Assembly (NCBI GenBank): GCA_028534125.1
Contig: CM052817.1
Coordinates: 39,124,001 to 39,188,000 of the forward strand
Reading direction: 5' to 3'
DNA from: Lama glama
Taxonomy: Eukaryota
DNA: 64,000 nucleotides
In this document: in pieces, positions 24,791 to 36,618 of the stretch
How positions within the stretch are numbered: the stretch's first letter is position 1
Layout of the letters: each line of letters begins with the position of its first letter
Program-made: the position numbers and the translations under genes
The notes under the pieces: generated by a model
Told to the model about the DNA's origin: nothing
The model's input: only the letters and a program-made list of their open reading frames with translations
Databases searched by the model: none

Positions 24791-25639
24791 TTAGCCTTTT
24801 GAGTGTGAATTTTCACTACGCATGCTTCTCTTTTATTCCAGGACCAGCTGTTTTCTTCTTAATCCGTAGCTCATGAGGCGCAAAGGTGGGGGCGAAACGT
24901 ACAGATGAGTTTTACTTTTGGGACCTTGATGTTCTTCCTTCAAGTTCTCCTTATCCTCCATGATGAAATAATGACGATATAATAATGATCATAATAGGAA
25001 CTCTCTCAGAAATTTCATGATGTGAATGCAACTCAGTAATGGAATGTTGTTTTATGCTTAACATGTTTATTGATATTTTGCGGCTAAAAGTAAGAGCGAT
25101 TGATTTTTCATAACGGGATTTTGTTTGCGTGTCTCTCGAGTATGAAGGTTAGATTTCATGGGGGAAAGTGTGTACTCTACTAACTTACCAGCACCAGCTA
25201 GACACTACTGTGTAGTCAAGTACAATTTCTCCCTCTCCATTTCCTTATTAAGATACTCGGTAACAAGTCACTGACCTTTAGAAACAAGCACCATTGTCGA
25301 GTGTTGAGTATTTAACTAAGCATCCTAGCTGTAAATTAGCAGGAAGTCGCCTCCCTTCCAAATACATAACCCGTGGTCATTGCTACCAGGGCTGTACCTT
25401 CACTTTGACTCTGAGCGGCAGGAAAGAGGCCCTGGAAACAATCCGTTATTTGGATTTTGAACTTGAGCAAAGAAAATAAAAGGTGGTACCACAGGGACCG
25501 GGTAAACAATGGAATATTGAGGAAAAGAGGAAGAAGTAAATAACATGAGAGCATTAGATAGTCAGCAGAAGTTTGGGAAAAAGTGAAATTTGAATAAAAA
25601 GATTAAGGAGGTAGTAAGAATACCCCTTTCACTAACCAC

Positions 25640-25810
25640 GTGTGTGGCTCTGAGGAGGCAAGTCTGGGTTAGCTGTGTGATGTGGGGCAAAGTATTATAT
25701 CTGTTGAATAGTTGACTTTCTTTGCAAAATGGAGATGACAGTCGTACTTTATAGAAGCTTAAATGAGATACTGAAGACGGTGCCTGGCGTAAGTGAAGTT
25801 AAAGAGAGAA
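25640..25810 (+). mobile_element. MIR SINE
   Basis: ttagctgtgtgatgtggggcaaagt...tgcaaaatggagatga...ttaaatgagata...gtgcctggc. Confidence 0.65.
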
Positions 25811-27739
25811 TCTAGCTGGCGTTCAATACACATTATTAGAGGGGAAAGGAAAGATAGATAAATTAAATGAATGGGACCCTAACAAGGACAGAGAAAGATA
25901 TGGAAGAGAACGTGTACATAAAGGAGGGAGCGACTAGAGGAAGGACGATTAAATCACATTTGGTAACCAGCATCGTAAGTGTGGGACCTTGTGTCTTTTC
26001 ACTGGATGTGTCCAGCTGAGAAAGAGGAGACTTAAAAAAAACTATGTCAGAGAGGGAGGAAATAAAATAGGTTGAGGAGACACTTACAGATCTGCACTCT
26101 AGACTGACTGTTACAAATTATCTTTCCCAACAGCCTTCTCAGTGAAGACTGATTTTTTTTTTTAATGCTACTGGGGAAGTTTTGTCTAGGTCTCAAATTA
26201 GACATGTCTTTGTTTTCCATGTAAGACAAATTGTGTCTCTTCAAAAACCACAGTGCCTGCCCCTCTGTGCCCCTCTTCCTCCTCCACTGATGGTGGACAT
26301 TTCAGTGGCATCCTTTTCCCCAGCATCCAATTTTTCTTCCCAGAGACAACCATTGCAAGGTGTTTTAGACCCAGAGATGGTTGATGCATATACATGAGAC
26401 CCAGTTTAAAATTTTCCTCTTCTTTAATCTCTTTGGTTGTACCCAAGTCTAGAAGAAAGTCATGTCCAATGTTGGAGCATTCAGTTCTTTTTTTTTTTCT
26501 AGTTATAGAAATGATACCTGATCATTGTTAAAAAGTTAAGAATGATACAGGACCCAGTGACGTTAGCCTGACTCTCAAGACATTTATGGTTCACAAACTA
26601 ACTGTCAAAATACTGTCTGTAAGGAGGAGGCAGAGACAATTGAGTTGCCGTGGACTGGTACAGATGTGCTGGATACTTGGAAGTCACCTTCACTCAAGTC
26701 TTCAGTTTTGATCACCCAAACTCACCTGGAAAAACAGATAGTGTAAGAGAAGCTAGGCTAAGAACTGGCGTATAGTGGATTTGTACTGAGTACAGGACTT
26801 GCTGGGGCACCACTGGCCTCGTGGCTTCCTGGAGCCAAGGCTGACTCCATTCCTTGCTCGGGAAGACCTCCCGTCAGGAGCTGATCTACAATCACAACAT
26901 TCATTCCTCATCTGAAAGGTGAAAGGGCCGCTGTATCCTGGTGGGGACCGATTCCTAATGAAACGGGGCATGGTTTTGTATTTGTGTATTTGCACAGCAG
27001 ATGGACTGTGACTCTTTCTCAAGCAAAAAAAAAAAAAAACCTGGTGCAGAGGCTGAGGGATCCACAGCCAAGACTTGCTCGGAGGACTTTAAGACTGTTC
27101 ATACAGTGGGCTAAACCTGGCCCTCAAAGAGCCCACTCCACCTCTTCCAATAAATGCCAACAAGGATTGCGATGACCTGGATGTGGAAGCCTACTCAACC
27201 TGTAGCACACGTGTGAAAATATGTGAATGCAGGGGGAAAAAATCGACTTTTAGTCATGATTTCTAACAGCATACTCAAAGTCTATCAGAATAAGTGAGGT
27301 TGATTTTTCAAGTAACTATACAACTTTCTGGATCCTCCTTTAATCCAGTTTAATTAGGAAAAGGTAGACTGCAGATAGAGTACAGTGCTAAGCAATTTTC
27401 TTGGTAGGGTTTGGCGAAGAATGTCTAAGGCATATTTGTGTTTTCTCTAGATGTATTGCTTGATGGATTGTGAGAATTGGGAACTCGAGCTCCTTGGTAA
27501 AGAATTTAAATTACTTCCTTTGGGGATATGAACCTGCGTATAAAACAGACAAGGGGAGGGGCTGAAAAGATGACAAAATTTTAAGCACACAGGCATCATT
27601 TTAACATGGTATGTATGCCTAGGGGCGTTACTCAGCTATCTCAAAGCTCTTGGAAATTGGCCAGATTACAATCTTTTGAGAAACAAACCACAACCACAAA
27701 AATAACAGCAGCAACAACAAGTTTTCAGTGTCCTCTAAA

Positions 27740-27875
27740 GCCTGAGGTAGGTGACATTTTTTCCATTCTCCACAGATGGAGTAAACGGGGCACTAAGAGA
27801 TTCAGCGGTGTCTGAATTCTCCCAACAAGCTGAAAATGGAGTCCCTGATGGCAGCCAAGTTTCCTGCCCTGAAAG
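27740..27875 (-). mobile_element. MIR SINE (diverged)
   Basis: cctgaggtaggtgac...ccattctccacagatggagtaaacggggcactaagaga follows the MIR core. Confidence 0.55.
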
Positions 27876-28468
27876 TGAAGAGAGAGACCTAAAAAATAGG
27901 ATTATATTTGAAAGAGCATATATACTTTCCAGGGTTTATCTGAACTGTGTCTCCTCTCTGACCCTCTTTGAATTTACCCATCGTAAGTAATAGTATGACC
28001 TCTTCTTCAAGTCATTCAAAAATGCATTTGTTCTCCATAATAGAGAGAGAAGCTCTGGCCAAATTATATTCTAATGTATCATAGCCTTGAACCCAAGGAC
28101 CATTTTGCATTGCTGACTAGGAGGCTGCTGAGTACATTATTATTCTGCCAAGGTTTGTGTCAGCTTTGTGAAGAGGCAGATTACCCAGCATATCTCCAAT
28201 ATTGTTATCTTTATGGGCTTTTGGAGGAGGTGGGAAAAAATAAAGAGGAGAGTAAGAATGAATACTCAGGTGTAATGTGCTCTTGTGACTAGATAAGTGT
28301 TAACAGCCCCATGAGCCTTTATTCCTGCATGAGTAGATACACTTGTGCTGAAAATGGGTGTGTCTCTGACAGAACCGCATGTTTCCAGCTGGGGTAGGTG
28401 TTCTAGGGTGTAGAAGGGCCAAAGAAACTCAAGGAGGTAAGTGTTCTGAATAAGTGATTCTGGAGCTG

Positions 28469-30235
28469 AAAGATCTATACTTTGAAAACTGTGAAACATT
28501 GATGAGTAAAACTGAAGATGATACAAAGAAATGGAAAGACATCTGATGCTCTTGGATTGGAAGAATTAATATAGTTAAAATGGCCATACTACTCAAAGCA
28601 ATCTACAGATTTAATGCAATCCCTATCAAAATACCCATAACATTTTTACAGAACTAGAACAAATAATCCTAAAATTTATATGGAATCACAAAAGACCCAG
28701 AATTGCAAAAGCAATCCTGAGGAAAAAGAACAAAACTGGAGGTATCACTCTTCCTGACTTCAGGCTATACTACAAAGCTACAGTAATCAAAACAGCATGG
28801 TGTTGGCACAAAAATAGTCACACAAATCAACGGGACAGGTTAGAGAGCCCAGAAATAAACCCACACACCTATGGTCAATTAATTTGTGCTGAAAGAGGCA
28901 AGAATATACAATGGAGAAAAGACAATCCCTTCAATAAGTGGTGCTGGGAAAACTGGACAGCTACACGTAAAAGAATGAGATTAGAAGACTTCCTTATACC
29001 ATATATAAAAATAAACTCAAAATGAATTAAAGACCTAAATGTAAGGCTCAAAACCATAAAATTTCTAGAAGAAGACACATAGACAGAACACTCTTTGACG
29101 TAAATCATAGCAATATTTTTTTGGCTGTATCTCCTAAGGCAAAGAAAGTAAAAGCAAAAATAAATGAGACCTAATTAAACTTAAAAGCTTTTGTGCATCA
29201 AAGGAAACCATCAACAAAACGAAAAGACAACCTACAGAATGGGAGAAAATATTTTCAAATGATATGACTGATAAGGGATTAATATCCAAAGTGTATAAAC
29301 AGCTCATACAACTCAATATAAAAAAAACCTGTTTAAAAATTGGGCAGAAGACCTCAATAGACATTTTTCCAAAGAAGACATACAGATGGCTAACAGGTGC
29401 AGGAAAAGATGCTCAACATCACTAATTTTCACAGAAATGCAAGTCAACACCACAATAAGCTATCACCTCACACCTGTCAGAATGACTGTTGTCAAAGAGA
29501 CCACAAATAACAAATGTTGGTGAGAATATGGAGAAAAGGGAGCCCTATGTACTGTTGGTGGGGATGTAAATTGGTGCAGCCACTGTGGAAAACAGTATGA
29601 AGGATCCTCAAAAAACTAAAAATATGATCCAGCAATTCTACTCCTGGGCACATATCTAGAAAAAGTAAAAACACTAATTGGAAAAGATAACGTGCACCCC
29701 AGTGTTCACAGAAGCATTATTTACAATAGCCAAGATATGGAAGCAACCTAAGTGTCCATCAACAGTTGACTGGAGTATTAGCCACAAAAGAGAATGAAAC
29801 TCTGCTATTTGCAGCAATGGGGATGGACCTTGAGAATATTATGCTTAGTGAAATAATTCGGACAGAGAAAGACAAGTTCTGTATGATATCACCTATATGT
29901 GGAATTGGAAAAAACACATGAATGAATATGGACATATATAGCAAAACAGAAGCAGACTCACAGCTACAGAAAATAAACTAGTGGTTACCAGTGGGGAGAG
30001 GGAAGGGGGAGGGGCAAGAAAGGGGTAGGGGATTAAGAGATACAAACTACTATATATAAAATAGATAAACAACAAGGATATATTGTATAGCACAGGAAAT
30101 TTAGCTGTTATTTTGAAATAACTTGTAATGGAGCATGATCAGCAGAAATACTGAATCACAGTGCTATACACCTGAAACTCATATAATATTGTAAATCAAC
30201 TCTACTTCAATGTAAATAATGAATAATTAATATAA
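28469..30235 (+). mobile_element. 5'-truncated cetartiodactyl-type L1 (3' part of ORF2, 3'UTR, A-rich tail)
   Basis: Typical ORF2 sequence (tcttggattggaagaattaat, ctatactacaaagctacagtaatcaaaacagcatgg, tggtgctgggaaaactgg); G-rich 3'UTR at ~29990-30030; stops and frameshifts. Confidence 0.95.
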
Positions 30236-31599
30236 TTAATTCTGAATTACAAGTTTCCCCCCTGGCCTGACAGAACTGATAGTTAATCTACCCAGTGATT
30301 TGGACATGAGGAGTCCACAATGCTTGCTATTCCAGTCCCTGTTATAGATGGAGGGAAAAATAACAAACTTTATTCTTTCATTTTAATTTGAAAGTCTGGA
30401 CTCAGGTTCCTAGAAGACGCAATCCAAGGAAAGCATAAAATGACTTATGCTTATGTGGTGAGAAATATCTTCTTCTACTAGAACCGGCTGGAGCCAGTCA
30501 GTAAGTGAAGCCAACGTGTGAAGTAATAAATGCGGCGTTGTAGTTACCCACGCTCTGCTAAATCACCTATCACCGTGGCATCTGGATCCTTCGCCAGGGA
30601 ATCTGCCTTAGCTGGACTCCAGACACTGCATTACTAATGTCGTGCCTTAAACGGTCCCCTAGTGGCTGCACAGAGGGAGTGTTTCTTCCTAAATACCCTC
30701 TTAGTGAGGACTAAGAAAGGGGGTGGGGGATGGAGTCCCGTGTGCTCCAAACAGGGGCCCCGCAAATCCCACGCCAACTTGGCAATGCCACCATTTGTGA
30801 TCCATGAATCCCGCAGGCCCGTGTCCTAGAGCAGTTTTCATACATAAGGAGGAAACTTGGCAGGGTCAGGGAAAATGTTTTGCTTTGCCTGGAGGCCCGA
30901 GTGGCTGGATTGCATTATTTACACTGCCTGAGGTTGCCAGATTATCCCTCAGTCCTCCCTTCTAGCCCACTTCGGCTCTGTAGGCTCTGCCTGTGGAACT
31001 AGGAGGAAAAGCTGTTTCCTGAGTGCTGTTCTGCCAACTTCTCTCCACATGTGAACTTGGCCCCTTGGGGCCTTGTGCATTCATGGCAAAGGTGAATGCC
31101 AGTTTGAGAGGAAAAACGTGATGTCCTTGTCCGGTAGCTTTGGAAACATCCCTGTGCCACCTTTCCCGTGGAAAGCACTCGTTTATTACAGACCAGTTAG
31201 AAAGGATGAGCATTGTGTCTGCAGGAGGGGTGGTAGATAGGTAGAAAGTAACGAGAAGAACAAGAAGACGTATCAACTGCTTCTTTTCTTTTTGTTTCTC
31301 ATTTGCTGAGCTGGAGGTTCATGTCACACAGGCAGGGCAGTGGAAAGATTTCCCAGCTGGCTGATCTGAGACCTTCATTTCAGTCTCCTCCTGATATGAA
31401 CTTGTGGGGCTACCTAACCATTCTAAGTTTCTTCCCAGGGAACACTGGAGGGTTGACCTTGATGCTACTGGAAAGCCCCTTCGTGCTCAGTCATTTGATG
31501 TCTGTCTGAGCCTTTTCTGTCTCATGACTATCACACCTGGAAAGACGTGTTCATTTGATCATTCACTCATTCAGACGACAAACAGGTGTTAAGTCCTTT

Positions 31600-32850
31600 C
31601 CCTTCGGCTCCAGTTTCTTGAAAGTGGCCCACAGTCATTGCCCTCATTTTCTTGAGGCTTTTGGAAGCATTAGCTCTTCACACTGGCTACCCTGCCTCCT
31701 CACAGCTCCTGTATCTGTGCTCCTCAAGGCCAATGGCTTTTCTCATCCTTTCTCAGCTTCCTCTGACCCGGGTGCATTTGACATGATTGACCACATGCTC
31801 CTTCAAGAAATTCCTCTCTCACTTTGGCTGCTCTGTGACTCCCATGGTGCCAACTCCTTTTCTCCTTCTTTCCTTGCTTTGCCTCAGGCTCCTTCAGTGC
31901 TTCTCCTTTCTCCTCCCCCCTCCGTAGTTCTATCCTTGGAGCTTCCCCCTTACTTCTTGTCATGCTTTCCCCAGCAGCCTCATCTCCTGTCTTCAGTTCC
32001 TGCCTTGATGCGGCTGATTCTCACTTCTATGACTAGTCCAGAATCTTCTCCTGTCAGCCATGGCCTGGATATTCCATTTGGATGTTTCACCCAACACCCC
32101 CACATTTATTTTCTTGCTTCTGAAACCAGTTGCTGTAAATGACATCTGATTCCTATTAAAAATGCCAGCTTCTTTTAAAATTTATTTTATTGAAGTATAT
32201 TCAGTTTATAGTGTTAATTTCTGGTATACCATATAGTGATTCAGTTGTACATATATATATTACTTTTCATTTTTTTCATTATAGGCTATTCCAAGTTATT
32301 GAATATAGTTTCCCTGTGCTATACAGTAGGACTGTCCTGTTTATCTATTTTATATATAGTAGTGACTAGCTGCAAATCCCAAACTCCCAATTTATCCCTC
32401 CATACCCCTCCTCCCCTCTGGGTAACCACAAGTTTATTAAGTCTGTGGGTCTGTTTCTGTTTTGTAAATAAGTTCATTTGTCTCATGTTTTTTTTGAAGA
32501 TTTCACATATAAGAGGTATCATAGAATTTTTTTTCTCTTTCTGGTTTATTTTACTTAGTATGACAATCTCCAGGTCTATCCATGTTGCTGCAAATGGCAT
32601 TATTTCTTTCTCTGTGTTTCAGACAAGTCAGTCATTTATCTGATGTCCCACTTTTTCAGCATCTGTCGTCTCCTCCAGCTCTCCAAGTAGCTGAAGTCTA
32701 CTGTCACTTTATCTTTCCTGTTTTCAGTAGCTTTGCAGGCTTTGTTATAGGGGCATCATAACTTTGTCTGGCCAGGGGAACTGCAGGCTTCTCTCAGGTC
32801 AACATTACTTTGTTTCATTCCCCATTTATTCTCAGCTAAGTACTCTAATA
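31600..32850 (+). mobile_element. L2 relic interrupted by an L1 3' end
   Basis: gcatttgacatgattgaccacatgctccttc and ctggatattccatttggatgtttcac are L2-like; CT-rich composition. Confidence 0.6.
32171..32611 (-). mobile_element. 5'-truncated L1 3' end
   Basis: Track ORF MPFAATWIDLEIVILSKINQKEK is the ORF2 C-terminus; the 3'UTR resembles those at 14.1 and 44.4 kb. Confidence 0.92.
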
Positions 32851-33009
32851 TGATCAACTCACAATTTGCACACTTGTTATGTGCTCAGTGGAATGGGTTG
32901 GGTACAGAATGTTGAATTGGACCTGCTCCCACTTTCAAGGTTCTCATATTCTTGTAAAACAGACAAGTAAATAATTTAATTGAATATGGTAACGAGCTAC
33001 AATAACTCT

Positions 33010-33200
33010 GATGGTTAACATTGACTGAGAACTCAGTATGTCTAAAGTACTGTTTTAGATTTTTTTACGTATAGTAACTCATTTAATCCTCACCGCACTG
33101 TAGAAGATCAGTATTGTTATTATCCCCATTTTATAGAAGAAGCAGCTGAGGCAGAATCGTGGAAGAGTCAAGATTTAAAAACAGGCAACCTAATTCCTGC
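33010..33200 (-). mobile_element. MIR SINE
   Basis: taactcatttaatcctcac...ttattatccccattttatagaagaagcagctgaggcaga. Confidence 0.75.
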
Positions 33201-33794
33201 CCACACTCAACTAGATGGCCTTCTTGTGTTCCGATAGCATGTGATAAAGCAGGGCTGGTAATTTCAATGCCAAAGACTAGTTTCATGGTGTTTAACTGTC
33301 TTGAGAGAAATACCTAGAGTTTTAGTCAGTAGAGAAAGAAAGAAAGAATGGCACTACTCGCTGATGAAAGACTTGAAGGGGCTGCTGTTTGGAAGACCCA
33401 GTAGGTGGTTCAGGTATTGTTGTGGAAGATGCGTCTGGCAAGGGCAAAGGGTGGAATGCTGGCATTTGAGAAATGGAGGACGAGGAGCAATAGCGGAGAG
33501 TGAGGAAGAGTAAAGACAAGTAGAAAGAGAGCTTATGGAGGGTTTAGGGTCATGATGGTTTTGAATCAGGAGTTTCAAAAACGAGGAGATGATCAACAGG
33601 GTCAGTTGCCCTGGAAGAGTTCAGGAGAATGTGATGGAGAAAAGCCTGATAGGTTTGTTACTTAGGGAGTTAGCAATCACGTCACAGAGTGAAGCATGGA
33701 ACAGGTGGAAGCCAAACTCATTTCAAAAAATGAGAAAAGTAGAGGCAGTGTGCATAGACTTCTCACTGATTTATTTCTACACTCCTGTGTTCAT

Positions 33795-33842
33795 ATATAT
33801 ATTATATTATATTATATTATATTATATTATATTATATTATAT
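33795..33842. repeat. (TATAT)n simple repeat running into the gap
   Basis: atattatattatatt... Confidence 0.95.
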
Positions 33843-34342
33843 NNNNNNNNNNNNNNNNNNNNNNNNNNNNNNNNNNNNNNNNNNNNNNNNNNNNNNNNNN
33901 NNNNNNNNNNNNNNNNNNNNNNNNNNNNNNNNNNNNNNNNNNNNNNNNNNNNNNNNNNNNNNNNNNNNNNNNNNNNNNNNNNNNNNNNNNNNNNNNNNNN
34001 NNNNNNNNNNNNNNNNNNNNNNNNNNNNNNNNNNNNNNNNNNNNNNNNNNNNNNNNNNNNNNNNNNNNNNNNNNNNNNNNNNNNNNNNNNNNNNNNNNNN
34101 NNNNNNNNNNNNNNNNNNNNNNNNNNNNNNNNNNNNNNNNNNNNNNNNNNNNNNNNNNNNNNNNNNNNNNNNNNNNNNNNNNNNNNNNNNNNNNNNNNNN
34201 NNNNNNNNNNNNNNNNNNNNNNNNNNNNNNNNNNNNNNNNNNNNNNNNNNNNNNNNNNNNNNNNNNNNNNNNNNNNNNNNNNNNNNNNNNNNNNNNNNNN
34301 NNNNNNNNNNNNNNNNNNNNNNNNNNNNNNNNNNNNNNNNNN
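33843..34342. other. Assembly gap (500 N)
   Basis: Run of N. Confidence 1.
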
Positions 34343-35060
34343 AGAATATCTACACAAATTATTTGGAATTTGCAGTGGAGCTCTGTCTCATCTCCCACTT
34401 ATTAACTTACTTGGTCATTATTTATATCACTATGGACTCATGGATAATTTGTTAATACTTTGTGCTATAATTCAATACTACTTTATTTAGTGTGTTCGAT
34501 TTGTTCCAGTTTGGGCCATTGGGAGCTCTTTTGTTTGCTCCTATGCTCTTTTTTTCTTTTCTTTTTTTTGGCTAGAAAAATTGTAACAATTTTAATTTTA
34601 ACTGGCCATATCTTTATGTACTCTTAACAGCATTAACATTAAAAAAATCTACACCAATTTGATAAGAAAAGGTTATTTATTTTACTTATCAATCTCTGTA
34701 AAAGAAAGCATCCCAAAACTTAGTAGCTTTATTTGTTCTCATAATTCTGTGAGGTGGTTGGACTCAGCTGGATAGTTATCTGCTCGTGTGATGTCACCTG
34801 GGGCACACATATAGGTGCTGCTCTCCTTTGATTTATTCCCATCAGTGTGTGTGTGTGTCTACATAAGCACTTTATTACTTTCTGGTTCTACAAGATGTTC
34901 CAAGATCTTATCTGTTTCCTGTCCCAGTCTTGGAGTCAGCCATCTCTCCAAGAAGCCCTAGGTTCTTTCATTGGAGGAAGTATTGGAAAGCAAGATCTGG
35001 GCACTAGGTAAGCTTGTTGCTACAGGGGTGTCATTTCTTTTACACCCTTTCAGCTGATAT
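34343..35060 (-). mobile_element. L1MC/L1MD-type 3'UTR relic, split by a ~270-bp insert (34550-34818)
   Basis: tatggactcatggata...ttgttccagtttgggccattgggagctctt then, after the insert, tactttctggttctacaagatgttcc...cagccatctctccaagaagccct...caagatctgggcactagg; collinear with recalled L1MC4-like consensus. Confidence 0.8.
34550..34818 (-). pseudogene. Short polyadenylated retrocopy (unique sequence plus MLT1-like fragment)
   Basis: T-tract at 34549-34569; ATTAAA on the minus strand at 34591-34596; imperfect TSD tgctct.. at 34544 and 34819; interrupts an otherwise collinear L1MC relic. Confidence 0.55.
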
Positions 35061-35084
35061 AGGAATTAATTTGATTTAAAACAC

Positions 35085-35501
35085 TTCAGTGGGTTGCATC
35101 ATGTCCCCTCAAAATTCATATCCACCCACCAGAAACCTCAGAATATGACCATATTTGGAAATAGGGTCTTTGCAGATGTAATTAAGATATGGGTGGAGAT
35201 GATGCAATTAGTGTGGTCCCTAAGTCCAACGAGAGTGTCCTTATAAGAGACAGAAAAGGGCACACAGAAGCCCAGGCAAGAAGACCATGTGAAGAAGTCA
35301 TGGATATTGCTGCTGCAAGCCAAGGATTGCGAGAAGCTAGAAGAAGGAAGGAAGGATTCGCCCCTAAAGACTTTGGAGTGAATGCAGCCGTACCTTGATT
35401 TTGGACTTCCGGACTCCAGGACTGTGAGAGAATAAGTTTCTGTTGTTTTAAGCTACCAAGGTTGTGGTACTTTATTACAACAGTCCTAGGAAACTAACAC
35501 A
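35085..35501 (+). mobile_element. Solo MaLR LTR (MLT1C-like)
   Basis: atttggaaatagggtctttgcagatgtaattaag...ccttataagaga...ctccaggactgtgagagaataagtttctgttgttttaagc...ctaggaaactaacaca. Confidence 0.9.
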
Positions 35502-35799
35502 GGTAGCTTATGGGTGAAGATAATCTCTCTTTCCCCAAGCCTGCGTGCAGCAGAGAACTCTGTGTTATAGGGCTGAAGAGGAGGAGGAAGAGATGCTGTG
35601 TTGAAGCAGGTATGCAGTGTGCTTATAGACGAGGAAAGGCTGGTTGGTACTGTCTTTCTTCTCTGAGCAGTCTACGTTTTGAGTTTCCCAATGCCCGGTG
35701 AAGTGAATGGTGAGAAACTGTGTTGTGATGGTCTCTCTCTGTACCTCCTTATAGAAGCTCTACTGGGTTCCGACTTTGGGTGGCGAGGGAGGTAGGAGA

Positions 35800-36045
35800 G
35801 TAACATTCATTGAGTGTCCACTGCGTGTTGGGCACAGGACACATGCTATCTCATTTCATCCTAACGAGAACCCTGTTTGTGCCTGTAAAGCAGGCACTAT
35901 TATTACGTGTTTTACAGATGGGAAAACCGAGAGTCAGAGAAGTTAGGCAACTTTCCCAGAATGTACTTAGTTATATTGTGAAGCTGGAATAAAAACTTAA
36001 GTAGTCTGTCCTTTAATTCCACTGATGCTCTTTCACTATACCACC
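35800..36045 (-). mobile_element. MIR SINE
   Basis: ttttacagatgggaaaaccgagagtcagagaagttaggcaactttccc core. Confidence 0.75.
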
Positions 36046-36513
36046 CTGAGTTTCAACACAATTTTTTCATTTGTTTTTGTGTGACAATCACTCCATTTGA
36101 GTTACTTTTTTAAGTTTTTCTTCTAGGGATGCTACTGTCCTAACATCAGTGAACAAGATTTAAAATCTCTTATTTTGTAAATGATACATATTCATTACTG
36201 AGGAAAACAAGTCACAAAACTCCTAAGCAAACACTTTAGAACATGCCACCCAGAGATGATAAAACTTCATAAATAAAAATGTTTTTATGTAATTAAACTA
36301 TACATTTTGACTTGTAGTCTGCACTTCAAAATTTTTTCACTTAAAAAGTTCTGAATGATATGTTTTTTCCTTTCTTTTCTTTTTCATTACTTTTGGCCAC
36401 CACTTTGGTTTGGATCTTTATTGCCTTTTAAAGGACAGTCTAAAAATGCCTTTGCTGGTCTTTCCATTGCTTTTCCTCACCTGATTCCTTTTATGTGACT
36501 TCCCTGCTCAGAC

Positions 36514-36559
36514 AAACCAACCAACCAACCAACCAGCCAACCAACCAGCCAACCAACCA

Positions 36560-36617
<58 letters not shown>
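36514..36617. repeat. Compound (AACC)n + (CA)n microsatellite within an L2 relic (~36390-37010)
   Basis: aaccaaccaacc... then cacacaca... Confidence 0.95.

Positions 36618-36618
<1 letters not shown>

Noticed and set aside
27751..27990. Protein-like ORF after an apparent splice acceptor
   Set aside because: Sequence follows the antisense MIR core; no known protein recognised.
30650..30670. CTCF-like motif (ccactaggggacc on minus)
   Set aside because: Mismatch in the conserved GGC core; not supportable without data.
31555..32142. 195-aa Leu/Ser/Pro-rich ORF
   Set aside because: Lies in a CT-rich L2 relic; composition explains the lack of stops.
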